Assembly: GCA_963675295.2 (NCBI GenBank) | Contig: CAXXKJ010000002.1 | Coordinates: 1,760,001 to 1,824,000, forward strand | Reading direction: 5' to 3' | Source of the DNA: a bacterium | Lineage (GTDB): Bacteria > Electryoneota > Electryoneia > Electryoneales > Electryoneaceae | DNA: 64,000 bases | Shown here: positions 18,682-28,104 of the stretch, piece by piece | How positions within the stretch are numbered: the first letter of the stretch is position 1 | How the letters are laid out: every line of letters begins with the position of its first letter | The notes under the pieces: model-generated | Databases searched by the model: none | Told to the model about the DNA's origin: nothing | What the model saw: only the letters and a program-made list of their open reading frames with translations | Position numbers and translations under genes: made by a program

Positions 18682-20295
18682 CAGACTGCTGACAAACCCC
18701 GTCATTTGATGGGGTTTGTTTTGTATTCACACGGCACATCCTACTGGTTGGATTTGTGGTATAGTTGGCAGGTTGTGTTTGGTTCTTCGCTCGATTTTTC
18801 TGTCGAGACCGTTGAGCGTGGTGCGCTGGGATAGAAGACCGGCTAAATAGGTCCATAGTCTTGAGATAGAGGGGTGTTTCGCCATTGTCATGGCGATCTT
18901 CTTCATGTTCTGGCAGGCGGCGGACAGCAGGCATTGTTCACGTGCTCCGGCTATCGAGCGCAGCCGGGCATAGCGATGGCCATACAGTTGTTTGGCTTCG
19001 CCGAAGCTGCGTTCGACCGTCTCCCGTCGTCGCCGGTACGTGGCCCGTCCGCGTTCTGTCCGAGCGGTCGCGATCATCTTTTCACGGCTGGCCTGCCACA
19101 CGTGCCGGGTGACCACCTTGCGGTGATTGGCGCTTTCGGTGCATTGCTGCAACAGGGGACAGAGGACACAGCACGACGGGTCGGAAACATATTCCTGGTA
19201 GCCTTCACGTGTCGTCGTGCGATACGGTAGTGTCTGGCCGCCGGGACAGTGGTAGACATCCCCCAGCGAATCGTACACAAACAGTCGTTTTGCCAGCATT
19301 CCCTTCTTGCGTGTCGTACGTACCGAGCCGATCACGCCGTCGATCTTTCGATCCTCCAGCCCCTTGCAGATGGCGGCGGTATTGTAGCCGGCGTCGTGAC
19401 CGACCCTTTCCACCGGGAAGTGGAATTTGCAGATCTGCGCATCGAGGCGCTCAAGGTAGGGGGTGCTGTCATGCACATTGCCGGGGGTGACATGCGTGTC
19501 GGTGATGATTCCGGCCTTGTTGTCTACGGTACGGTGGTCAAGGTAGAAAAAGCCCTGCGGCTTGCCGTCCCGCACCATGAAGCCGCTGTCCGGATCGGTG
19601 GTGCTGACCTTGATTTCCTTTGTCGCCGGCGGTGATGAATCGTCATTGTCACGTTTCTTCAGTGGCTTTTTGCCATGCGCCAGGCGATCCGCATCCACCG
19701 CCTCTTCCAGATCGGACAGATACGACTTCGTCGCCACTGTCACCTGCCGCTTCTTGAACTTCTTCTTGTTCGCGCTGGCTTTCAGGTGCGTCGAATCGGT
19801 GAACAAGACCCGGCCATCGACCAGGCCACGACGGATCGCCAGCAGCACGATCTCGTCGAAGATCTCCTGGAAGATGGTGCTTTCACGGAAACGGCGTCGT
19901 CGATTCTGGCTGATCGTGGACGCGTCCGGCACCTTGTCACGCAGATCCAGCCCGAGGAACCAGCGATAGGCAACATTGACCTGGATCTCACGCACCAGCT
20001 GACGCTCGGACCGAATTCCGTACAGGTAACCGATGAACAACATCTTGAACAGAAGGACAGGGTCAACAGCCGGACGGCCATTGTCGGCGCTGTAGAGATG
20101 CTTTACACGATCCCGGATAAACGAAAAATCAATTGCCGCATCAATCTTCCGCAAAAGATGATCGTCCGGGACCAAATCGTCAATGTAAATAAGCTCCGCT
20201 GCGCTTTGATGAGCTTTGGAAGTAGGTAGCATCTACAAAGATACAAAACAAATCCCCACAGGTCGAGAGCCCGTGGGGACTTTGTCAGCAGTCTG
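18682..20295 (-). mobile_element. IS1182-family insertion sequence (1614 bp)
   Basis: Perfect 15-bp terminal IRs CAGACTGCTGACAAA (18682-18696) and TTTGTCAGCAGTCTG (20281-20295), subterminal hairpins, 36-bp flanking DR, single transposase. Confidence 0.95.
18727..20232 (-). CDS. IS1182-family DDE transposase
   Basis: LVPDDHLLRKID..GRPAVDP..YLYGIRSERQL (DUF772-type N-terminus); DSTHLKA; DAGY; CP..C..CP...C; RRRETVERSFGEAK. Confidence 0.95.
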   Translation of the reverse strand: MLPTSKAHQSAAELIYIDDLVPDDHLLRKIDAAIDFSFIRDRVKHLYSADNGRPAVDPVLLFKMLFIGYLYGIRSERQLVREIQVNVAYRWFLGLDLRDKVPDASTISQNRRRRFRESTIFQEIFDEIVLLAIRRGLVDGRVLFTDSTHLKASANKKKFKKRQVTVATKSYLSDLEEAVDADRLAHGKKPLKKRDNDDSSPPATKEIKVSTTDPDSGFMVRDGKPQGFFYLDHRTVDNKAGIITDTHVTPGNVHDSTPYLERLDAQICKFHFPVERVGHDAGYNTAAICKGLEDRKIDGVIGSVRTTRKKGMLAKRLFVYDSLGDVYHCPGGQTLPYRTTTREGYQEYVSDPSCCVLCPLLQQCTESANHRKVVTRHVWQASREKMIATARTERGRATYRRRRETVERSFGEAKQLYGHRYARLRSIAGAREQCLLSAACQNMKKIAMTMAKHPSISRLWTYLAGLLSQRTTLNGLDRKIERRTKHNLPTIPQIQPVGCAV

Positions 20296-20331
20296 AGCCC
20301 TTACCACGGACTTAAGTCCGTGGTAAGGGCG
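20296..20331. repeat. Right 36-bp direct repeat of the IS (family A palindrome)
   Basis: Identical to 18646-18681. Confidence 0.95.
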
Positions 20332-20388
20332 AGTGCCGTAAGGTGTTTTACTCTTACCTCACACCTCATCACTCACACCTGCAGTTCG

Positions 20389-21834
20389 TCACATCTCCGT
20401 CTTGAACTCGTCGATGCTCTTGACGGTGACGCTGCCGACTTCTTCCAGCATCGGCTTGACGACTTCGGCGTTTCCGACGACCACGATCCGCACCATGTCC
20501 GGGTGCAGGTATTTCTTCGCCATCGCGTTGATGTCATCGAGGTCCACCGCCGCCATCTTCTTGCGATAGTTGGCGATGTACTCGTCCGGGTCCCCGAGAT
20601 TGAGGATCAGCGCGTTCTGGAACTGTCCGGCGACCTGGGACGGCGTCTCAAAGCGGCGCGGGTAGGAACCGAGCATGTACGCCTTCGCGTCGCGCAGTTC
20701 TTCTTCGGTGAAACCGTTTTCGACTGCTTCCTCCATCAGCCGCAGCGATTCGGTGATGAACTGACCGGTACCGTTGTTCTTGGTTGAACCAGAGATGGAG
20801 TAGGCCGCGTTCTGCACACGAGCGTCGAGGCCGGAATAGATCCCGTAGGTCAGGCCGAGCTCGGTGCGGACACGTTTCATCAGACGGCTGGAGAAGCCGC
20901 CACCGCCGTAGATGTAGTCCATCAGGTTGAACGCGTACATGTCGTCGCCGAGGTTGTACGGGCCGAGAATGTAGCCCATCCGGACCTCGGACTGGACGGC
21001 GTTCGGGTCGTCGATCAGCAGGATCTGGCGGCCTTCACCCGGTTCGGCACCGGCCATCAAGACCTGCGGCGGATTGTTACCTAGCCAGCCACTGAAATAC
21101 TTCTGCACCAGTTTCTGCGCGTCCTTGTACTCAAAGTCGCCGGACAGCAGCATGACAGCATGACCGGGCACGATCAACCGCTGATGCTGCATCACGAGAT
21201 CGTCACGGGTGAACGCCTGCACGCTCTCGACGGTACCAACCGTTGGCTGTGAGTACGGATGGTCGCCGTACACCCACTTGTTCCACTGTTCGTCCGCGAT
21301 GGTGCTCGGGTTGTCGACGTTTGTCATCAGGCCACTGACACGCTGCATGCGCAAACGCTCAATTTCCTCGTCCGGGAAAGTCGGGTTCATCAGCGCATCG
21401 GCCATCAACTCGAAGGCGAGTTCCATGTCACGCGACATCACGCCGCACGTCATGTAGATCGTGTTGTTCCCAGCGCCGGTATTAATCGATCCGCCGACGA
21501 AATCAATCGTTTCGGCGATATCGGTCGCGGAACGTGATTCCGTGCCCTTGAGCAGCATGTCGGCCATGAAATTGTTGAGACCGGGCTTCTCCATCGGGTT
21601 GAACAGCTTTCCAGCGGGAAACATGATGCGCACGTTCACCAGCGGCAGCTCATCGTCGGGGATGTAATAAACCTGCATCCTGTTGTCGAGCGACTTGTGC
21701 TTGAAATCCGGCAGCTTGACCGGGTCAACGTCAAACGTCTGGCTCGGTGTGTAGGGCGGGACGACATCATCATCCGCGAAGCCCAGCGGCGCGAGCAGCG
21801 CCACGACCAGCAAGGAGAGAATCAGTTGTTTCAT
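20389..21834 (-). CDS. M16 family peptidase, non-catalytic subunit (exported)
   Basis: M16 fold without HxxEH; GGGGFSSRLMKRVRTELGLTYG R/Y motif; signal peptide. Confidence 0.9.
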   Translation of the reverse strand: MKQLILSLLVVALLAPLGFADDDVVPPYTPSQTFDVDPVKLPDFKHKSLDNRMQVYYIPDDELPLVNVRIMFPAGKLFNPMEKPGLNNFMADMLLKGTESRSATDIAETIDFVGGSINTGAGNNTIYMTCGVMSRDMELAFELMADALMNPTFPDEEIERLRMQRVSGLMTNVDNPSTIADEQWNKWVYGDHPYSQPTVGTVESVQAFTRDDLVMQHQRLIVPGHAVMLLSGDFEYKDAQKLVQKYFSGWLGNNPPQVLMAGAEPGEGRQILLIDDPNAVQSEVRMGYILGPYNLGDDMYAFNLMDYIYGGGGFSSRLMKRVRTELGLTYGIYSGLDARVQNAAYSISGSTKNNGTGQFITESLRLMEEAVENGFTEEELRDAKAYMLGSYPRRFETPSQVAGQFQNALILNLGDPDEYIANYRKKMAAVDLDDINAMAKKYLHPDMVRIVVVGNAEVVKPMLEEVGSVTVKSIDEFKTEM

Positions 21835-23216
21835 TGGTCCATCTCCCCGGTTTCAGTGGTTTCAGCGGAGAAATCGACGGGGTCGACTTCGTTGTCCGGT
21901 ACGAGGATCACGGTGGTGCGGTTGATCGGACGGAAGTACTTCGCGACGACACGCATCACGTCTTCGGCGGTCACGTTCTTCGTTGCTTCCATCTGGCGCA
22001 GGCCCATCTCCCAGTCGCCATTGTACATCATGTACGCTTCGCCAAGGGAAGATGCCTTGCCGTAGTTGGTCTGCATCATCGAGTAGAAGTCCGCTTCCAG
22101 CTGGTTCTTCGCTTTCTGCAGTTCCTTGTCGCTGACGGGATTGGTCGCCATGTCTTCAATCGTGCCGAAGAGGACGGCTTCCGCTTCTTCGATGTCACGG
22201 CCGGCATTCACGCCGATGTAGGTCATGAACAAGCCCGGGTCGGCGAGGACGTAGAGACTGCCGCCGGCAAAACGGGCGACCTGTTCTTCGTAGACGCACT
22301 TCTTGTACAGCCTGGACGATTCCCCGTCGCTGAGGATCTTCTCGACCACCTGCAGCACCGGGATATCATTGTGCGACGCCGCTGGGGTGTGGTAAGCCGC
22401 GAACAGGAACGGCAACTGCGCGGGACGGTGGAACTCGATCCGGCGTTCGCCACGTTGCGGCGGTTCCTGCGTCTTTGCCATCACCGGCAGCGGCTGCGCC
22501 GGGATCGGGCCGTGGTACTTCTCGACCAGCTCAATCGCTTCGTCCGGATCGAAATCACCAGCGACAATCGCGACGGCGTTGTTCGGCGCGTAATAGGTCT
22601 TGTGGAACCACTGCAAATCTTCCATCCGGTAGTTCTGGATGTCGCTCATCCAGCCGATCACCGGCCAGTTGTACGGATGGGCGCGGAACACGTTCGTCAT
22701 CAGCTCTTCAACCGCCGACCCGTACAGGCTGTTGTCGACGCGCTGACGGCGTTCCTCGGTGACGACCTGCTGCTCCGGCAGGAAGGTTTCCTCGTTGATC
22801 GTGAGGTTGGCCTGCCGTTCGGCTTCGAGGTGGATCACCAGCTCGAGGTGTTCTGCGGAAATGTTTTCAAAGTAGGCGGTGCGGTCATACCACGTGTTCG
22901 CGTTCAGGCTGCCGCCGTTGGCCTTGACGATGTTCGCGTGTTCTTCCGGACCGTACTTTGCCGATCCACGGAACATCATGTGTTCGAACATGTGCGCCAT
23001 ACCGGTGATGCCGGGGCGTTCATTGCGGCTGCCGACGTTGTAATACACCATGTAGCTGATGATCGGGGCACTGTGGTCCTCGATCATGAGCAGCCGCATG
23101 CCGTTGTCCAGCACATGCTCCTGCACGTCGAGCAGGTCCATGATGTCATCGCTGGCAAAGCTCGCGGACGCGAACAGCAGCAACGCCATCAAGACCGGGG
23201 TCAGGATGCGTTTCAT
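21831..23216 (-). CDS. M16 family zinc peptidase, catalytic subunit (exported)
   Basis: GMAHMFEHMMFRGS, NANTWYDRTAY, VVTEERR, HPYNWPVIGW; GGAGG RBS. Confidence 0.93.
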   Translation of the reverse strand: MKRILTPVLMALLLFASASFASDDIMDLLDVQEHVLDNGMRLLMIEDHSAPIISYMVYYNVGSRNERPGITGMAHMFEHMMFRGSAKYGPEEHANIVKANGGSLNANTWYDRTAYFENISAEHLELVIHLEAERQANLTINEETFLPEQQVVTEERRQRVDNSLYGSAVEELMTNVFRAHPYNWPVIGWMSDIQNYRMEDLQWFHKTYYAPNNAVAIVAGDFDPDEAIELVEKYHGPIPAQPLPVMAKTQEPPQRGERRIEFHRPAQLPFLFAAYHTPAASHNDIPVLQVVEKILSDGESSRLYKKCVYEEQVARFAGGSLYVLADPGLFMTYIGVNAGRDIEEAEAVLFGTIEDMATNPVSDKELQKAKNQLEADFYSMMQTNYGKASSLGEAYMMYNGDWEMGLRQMEATKNVTAEDVMRVVAKYFRPINRTTVILVPDNEVDPVDFSAETTETGEMDQ

Positions 23217-23423
23217 CCAGTTTCCTCCACTCAGGTCGTTGTTACCACGTTGGTTATCGTTCAAGTTCTGGTTGATCTCAGGTTGGAACACAGGAACCTC
23301 GCCACACCCAGCCCGAGGGTATGCGAGTGATGAATCCCTAGTATAGCGTTTTGACCGGTCGGATGGGGGAGCGGTTACTCATGGTGGAGCGTTGTCGTAG
23401 ATCCAGATCCCAGTCATGACATG

Positions 23424-23453
23424 AAAAATGCCACAGAATTGTAGTCTGTGGCA
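23424..23453 (-). terminator. Putative terminator after the T9SS cargo array
   Basis: tgccacaga...tctgtggca stem with A run on the + strand. Confidence 0.6.
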
Positions 23454-23480
23454 ATCGCATCTCTTTCGGTTGACAAATCC

Positions 23481-25295
23481 TTACTTCATCAACACCAGCT
23501 TGCGTTCGAACGATTGTTCGTCGGCGGTGGCTTTGAGGTAATACGTCCCGGACGCAAGGTTGCTGCCGTCGAACGTAACCTCGTACGCTCCCGCCGGATA
23601 TGCACCTTCAGCCAGCGTTGCGACATGCCGGCCGAGTACGTCGAACACGTCCAGTTTCATGTCAGACGGGTGTGGCAGAGCGTAGTGGATGGTGGTTTGT
23701 GCGTTGAACGGATTCGGACTAGCCTGAACTTGAAGCGAATAGTTTGATTCTGAATCAGGCTTAAGTAATGCCTCAGTAATGAACTCGCCACAAGCATACC
23801 AGGAATTTGCCGGTGCTTCCTCTTCAGCGGTTCCAGCTTTCGTAAACGAGAAAGAGTTACTTGCATGAAGGGAATTCGGAAATCCTGCGTGACCACGGAA
23901 CTGATACCTTCCACTGGGTGCAAACGGGGGGATATCCTGATGAAGAACTGGAGAATTGTAGTCCATAAACGGAGTCAAGTTGAATTGCTGCTGGTAAGTG
24001 GGTCCATAAATGGTCGCATTGGGCAAAATGATGTCCGTCCAATACAGCAGACCATTCATTGAAGCGGGAATCGAACTTTGTAAATGAACGTAATAGGATA
24101 ATGTACCTCCTGTGGCCGGGAATTCCGTGGTAGATACCGGGTATAATGAGATGGATACTGGTAATTCAGATTCAAGCGATATCATTAGCCAATCCTGCAT
24201 TCCATTACCAATCGATTCGGTGTATCCGGCCGCGTAAACTCCACCTGTAGCATTCTCTACTAAAGAAACACAACGTTCATCACCAGTTTGTTCAGCAATA
24301 AACTCCCATAAGACATCACCCGTAGCGTCTGTCTTGAAGATCCAGGCTTGGTTTCCAGAATACCGTCCACCGATAAGATACCCGCCGTCCTGGGTGGTAC
24401 AGATACCGCGTCCATTGCAGTGATCAAACTCTGGACCATGGAATACCACATCTTCTATCTGGCCGATGGAATCAGCGAAGAATTGCACGCAATGGAAATA
24501 GTCGTCAGAACTATCGCCAACAAGACAAAGACCGCTATCTGGTCGAATGACAATATCATGAAATTCTTGATAGTATTGATCACCAAAGAGTGTTTCATTC
24601 AATACTTGACCATTTTGATCAACAACTAATAAATAGCCATCCTCTTGAAAATCATTCATGATAATAGTGGTGCCAGCAATGGCTATGTTGCCATTTGGGT
24701 AGGTTACGTGATCCATCGGCACAACATAGTCCCATCCAACAGGATGTGGTATTGTATATTCTTCAAGCACATTTCCGGATTCATCCGTTTTGATTAGAAT
24801 AACATCTCCTGCTTCACTAGATGTCGTAATAGAAAATCCTCCACCGGGCTCAAGACTTACACTCTGGAATGCCATACCAAATAGATCAGAAAAGAATCCA
24901 TAGTCATATGTATTCAACCACAACTGGTTGCCTTGATTATCAGTGCGAATCATAACAGAACTAATGTCTACGCCATTCGTGGTCCCGCCTACGAGTACAA
25001 ATCCACCGCCTGGTACTTGAATTGCGTTTACACACCAAGTGAATAGACTTTCGACGTATTGATGAGCCCAGACAATTTGCCCGTCAGAGTTAACCTTCAT
25101 GAGGGTGGCACAGTTGTCGGGTCCGCCGAGCGAACCGGCAAAAACAGCTCCACCATCTTGGGTGTTCATGACCTCTTCACAGTAGTCATCGTTCGGAGTC
25201 CCATATGGATTCATCCAAAGCAGGCCGGGTTGAGCAACCACAGGTTGGTAAAAAACAGCAAGACTGACGAGTATCATCCAATAGCGGATCATCAT
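23481..25295 (-). CDS. T9SS type A CTD protein with beta-propeller-like passenger (low-GC body)
   Basis: Signal peptide; repeated (L/I)xKTDxxGxxLW / TQDGGY units; CTD starting PNPFNAQTTI. Confidence 0.85.
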   Translation of the reverse strand: MMIRYWMILVSLAVFYQPVVAQPGLLWMNPYGTPNDDYCEEVMNTQDGGAVFAGSLGGPDNCATLMKVNSDGQIVWAHQYVESLFTWCVNAIQVPGGGFVLVGGTTNGVDISSVMIRTDNQGNQLWLNTYDYGFFSDLFGMAFQSVSLEPGGGFSITTSSEAGDVILIKTDESGNVLEEYTIPHPVGWDYVVPMDHVTYPNGNIAIAGTTIIMNDFQEDGYLLVVDQNGQVLNETLFGDQYYQEFHDIVIRPDSGLCLVGDSSDDYFHCVQFFADSIGQIEDVVFHGPEFDHCNGRGICTTQDGGYLIGGRYSGNQAWIFKTDATGDVLWEFIAEQTGDERCVSLVENATGGVYAAGYTESIGNGMQDWLMISLESELPVSISLYPVSTTEFPATGGTLSYYVHLQSSIPASMNGLLYWTDIILPNATIYGPTYQQQFNLTPFMDYNSPVLHQDIPPFAPSGRYQFRGHAGFPNSLHASNSFSFTKAGTAEEEAPANSWYACGEFITEALLKPDSESNYSLQVQASPNPFNAQTTIHYALPHPSDMKLDVFDVLGRHVATLAEGAYPAGAYEVTFDGSNLASGTYYLKATADEQSFERKLVLMK

Positions 25296-25685
25296 ACCAT
25301 CCCCCGTATCTCTACGAATACAAACTGCCCAAAGACGTCAGAAAATAGGGTGATTCAATAACAAATCCCAAATACAATTAGAAATCCTATCAAATGCTTG
25401 CGAGATGAACATTTACCTAAGTGTAATAAAATTCTGAATTTGGTTTGTTAGGGGAGTTTACCTTAAGAGGAATCAGCCATACCACTTTGAACAAGAAGTG
25501 AATTGGTATAGATAAATCATCTAACAATAAATTGTAATAATAAATGTAACTATACAAATATATATGAACATAAGAGGGCAAGCGTAAACCATTAATTCAT
25601 TGTTTGGGCTTCCAATGCCTGTTACATGAAAGCATCCAGTCGTATCCCGTGAGTATGGCAACCCAGAAATCTGCACGAATCGTGT

Positions 25686-28037
25686 CTACTTCATCAGCAC
25701 CAACTTGCGTTCGAACGACTGTTCCCCGGCGCTGTACTTGAGGTAATATGTGCCGGATGCGAGCTGGCTGCCGTCGAAGGTAACCTCGTACGTCCCCGCT
25801 GGATACGCACCTTCGGCCAGCGTGGCGACATGCCGGCCGAGCACGTCAAACACGTCCAGCTTCACATCCGATGGGTGGGGCAGCGCGTAGTGGATCGTGG
25901 TCTGCGCGTTGAACGGGTTCGGATAGACACTCACCATGTCAAACGTTGCCGGCTGGAACACCCAAGGTTCATCCACGGATGATCCGTCGAAGTCATAGTA
26001 GGACAGTCCGACCCGGCTATCGACCCACAGCCGCTGTCGGTACTTGTCGAACCACAGGTCGCGAATACCGCTGCTCTGCTGCGGATATGGGAATTCAGTT
26101 TCCATCGGATGCCAGAGATAGCCGATGTTGTCGGAGATCCTCATGCCGTAATACTCTTCCGGCTCGAAGACGGCAACGAGGAAAGTATCGTTCGAGGTTT
26201 CAGCCAGATCCCACGCGATCGGCGTCGGGTTCTGATAGCTGCGCAACACCCAGCCGTCATCCTCGGTGAATCCCCAGAAGGTATAGCCTGCTGCCAGCAG
26301 AACGGCGTCATTATGGCTGAGGATTTTGAGGCAGCCTTCGACGAGGAAATCCTGCCGCGGGAAGTCGGTTGATTCCCAGAACGACCCCACGGTCGAACTG
26401 CGCAGGATGTCGATGGCGTTCGGTTCGTGTGCGTAGAAATAGCCGTTATGGTAGTGCATCGGGCCGAGCAGGTGCGGATCAAAGGAAACATCCGACCAGG
26501 ATTCGCCGAGGTCATGCGACACCCATCCGCTGGACGCGTAGTTGTCGCGTCCGACGAGAACCGTTTCATCGTCAACGGAGAACGCTTCCAACTCCTCGAA
26601 CGACTGGTATTCAGGGATCGCGGTCGTCGAACTGGCGGACCACGATTCGCCGACGTTGTCGGAGAGCATGACGGTGATCAGGGATTGCGTGCCGGTCAGC
26701 GGCGTCTGCAGGTCGAGATAGCCGATCCTGCCGTCCGGCAGCATGAAACCGTTGTAATGGGCGGTGTTATCCGGGAGGATATCGGGCACAATCGGGGCGA
26801 ACTGCGTGGATTCGTCTCGTGCCAGCCACAACGAACCGCCAGAGGTGTTGAACCAGGTCGCGGAGACATTCTGCGGAAGATTTTCCTGTGTCGGAATCGC
26901 GACACCAGCTGGCGGCGCGGTCAGCTTACTCCACGTTTCACCGGCATCTTCGGAGCGGTAAAGGCCCTGGTCGAGCAGGCTTACGTAGAGATGGCCACTG
27001 AAGGGGTTGTGGTACAACGCTTTGCCAGGCATCGCACGGTCGGGCAGACCATGTTGCAGATGGGTCCAGCTGAGGCCGTGGTCATCGGATTGCCACACGC
27101 CGAAGTTGCCGGACGAAGTCAGCAGTACGCGTCCCGGAATCTCCGGAACAGTCTCGATCTGGTTCGCGACCAACCGGTCCGGTAAACCCTGATACGGGAA
27201 CCAATGCCACGAGTCGCCATTGTCCTGCGAGCGCAGCAACAGCAAGAACGGCAGCTCGGTATCATTCCAGACGGTCACCGCGAGCAAGTCGCCGTTCGCC
27301 AGCTTGGCCATGTCCGTGATCTCACCCTCGGCGCCGGCGGTCAGGGTTTCCATTTCGGTCACTCGTGTCCATGTTGCTCCGCCATCCGGGCTGCGGAGGA
27401 TACCGCCGGACGGTTCATTAGTCGAGGCGTCTTCGTTGGTCCAACCGCCGTAGATAAACACATTGTCCGGGTTGTCCGGATCGACGAACAGGCCATTAAC
27501 GTCATCGGTCAGGATGCGAATGTCTTTGAAATCCCAGTTTGATCCGTTGTTGGCGGTGTAGGCGAATCCGTTCTTGCAGGCGAAATAGACGCGGCCCGCC
27601 GGATCATTCAGAATCTGCCAGGCACCGGCGGTGGGATTCGGCCAGTTGTTGGGCCAGTGATACTGCATGGAATAGGTAGACCAGCTGAGGCCGCCGTTAA
27701 AGGAATGCCAGTCCAGCTGATTGCCGCTCTGGACGGTACAGGTGACGAGCAGGGTGTCCCCGGCGGGATCGAAAGCCTGGATGGTTTGCGCGAGTACCAT
27801 GCCGGCGTAGGTGATCGAGTGGTTCCACGGCTGCCAGGATTCACCGCTGTTAATGCTGATCCAGTAGCCGCCGAACTCAGTCGCGACGATGATCTTTTCG
27901 CCGGAGGAATCCGCCGCGATCCCCCAGGGTGCGCTGGTGCCAGCATGGGATGTTTGCCACGTCTGGGCAAACCCCGGCGAAACCACGAATGCGAACAGAA
28001 CCAGAACCGTGCCTGCGAGCCGTAATCCTGCTGTCAT
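25686..28037 (-). CDS. BNR/Asp-box repeat beta-propeller protein with T9SS type A CTD (paralog 1)
   Basis: Signal peptide; many S-x-D-x-G-x-T/S-W repeats; CTD PNPFN...ERKLVLMK. Confidence 0.88.
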   Translation of the reverse strand: MTAGLRLAGTVLVLFAFVVSPGFAQTWQTSHAGTSAPWGIAADSSGEKIIVATEFGGYWISINSGESWQPWNHSITYAGMVLAQTIQAFDPAGDTLLVTCTVQSGNQLDWHSFNGGLSWSTYSMQYHWPNNWPNPTAGAWQILNDPAGRVYFACKNGFAYTANNGSNWDFKDIRILTDDVNGLFVDPDNPDNVFIYGGWTNEDASTNEPSGGILRSPDGGATWTRVTEMETLTAGAEGEITDMAKLANGDLLAVTVWNDTELPFLLLLRSQDNGDSWHWFPYQGLPDRLVANQIETVPEIPGRVLLTSSGNFGVWQSDDHGLSWTHLQHGLPDRAMPGKALYHNPFSGHLYVSLLDQGLYRSEDAGETWSKLTAPPAGVAIPTQENLPQNVSATWFNTSGGSLWLARDESTQFAPIVPDILPDNTAHYNGFMLPDGRIGYLDLQTPLTGTQSLITVMLSDNVGESWSASSTTAIPEYQSFEELEAFSVDDETVLVGRDNYASSGWVSHDLGESWSDVSFDPHLLGPMHYHNGYFYAHEPNAIDILRSSTVGSFWESTDFPRQDFLVEGCLKILSHNDAVLLAAGYTFWGFTEDDGWVLRSYQNPTPIAWDLAETSNDTFLVAVFEPEEYYGMRISDNIGYLWHPMETEFPYPQQSSGIRDLWFDKYRQRLWVDSRVGLSYYDFDGSSVDEPWVFQPATFDMVSVYPNPFNAQTTIHYALPHPSDVKLDVFDVLGRHVATLAEGAYPAGTYEVTFDGSQLASGTYYLKYSAGEQSFERKLVLMK

Positions 28038-28104
28038 CTTCATCCTCGATGGTGGAGTCAATTCCGGGCGTAGTGAGCAATCGTCAAGGATAAAGGTGTT
28101 GCGT

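Noticed and set aside
20389-23216. M16 subunit lacking HxxEH as a pseudogene or novelty
   Set aside because: Catalytic plus non-catalytic pairs are the established M16B heterodimer arrangement
25296-25685. Small gene or repeat array in the very AT-rich spacer
   Set aside because: No convincing ORF or periodic repeat; treated as the upstream region of the low-GC gene
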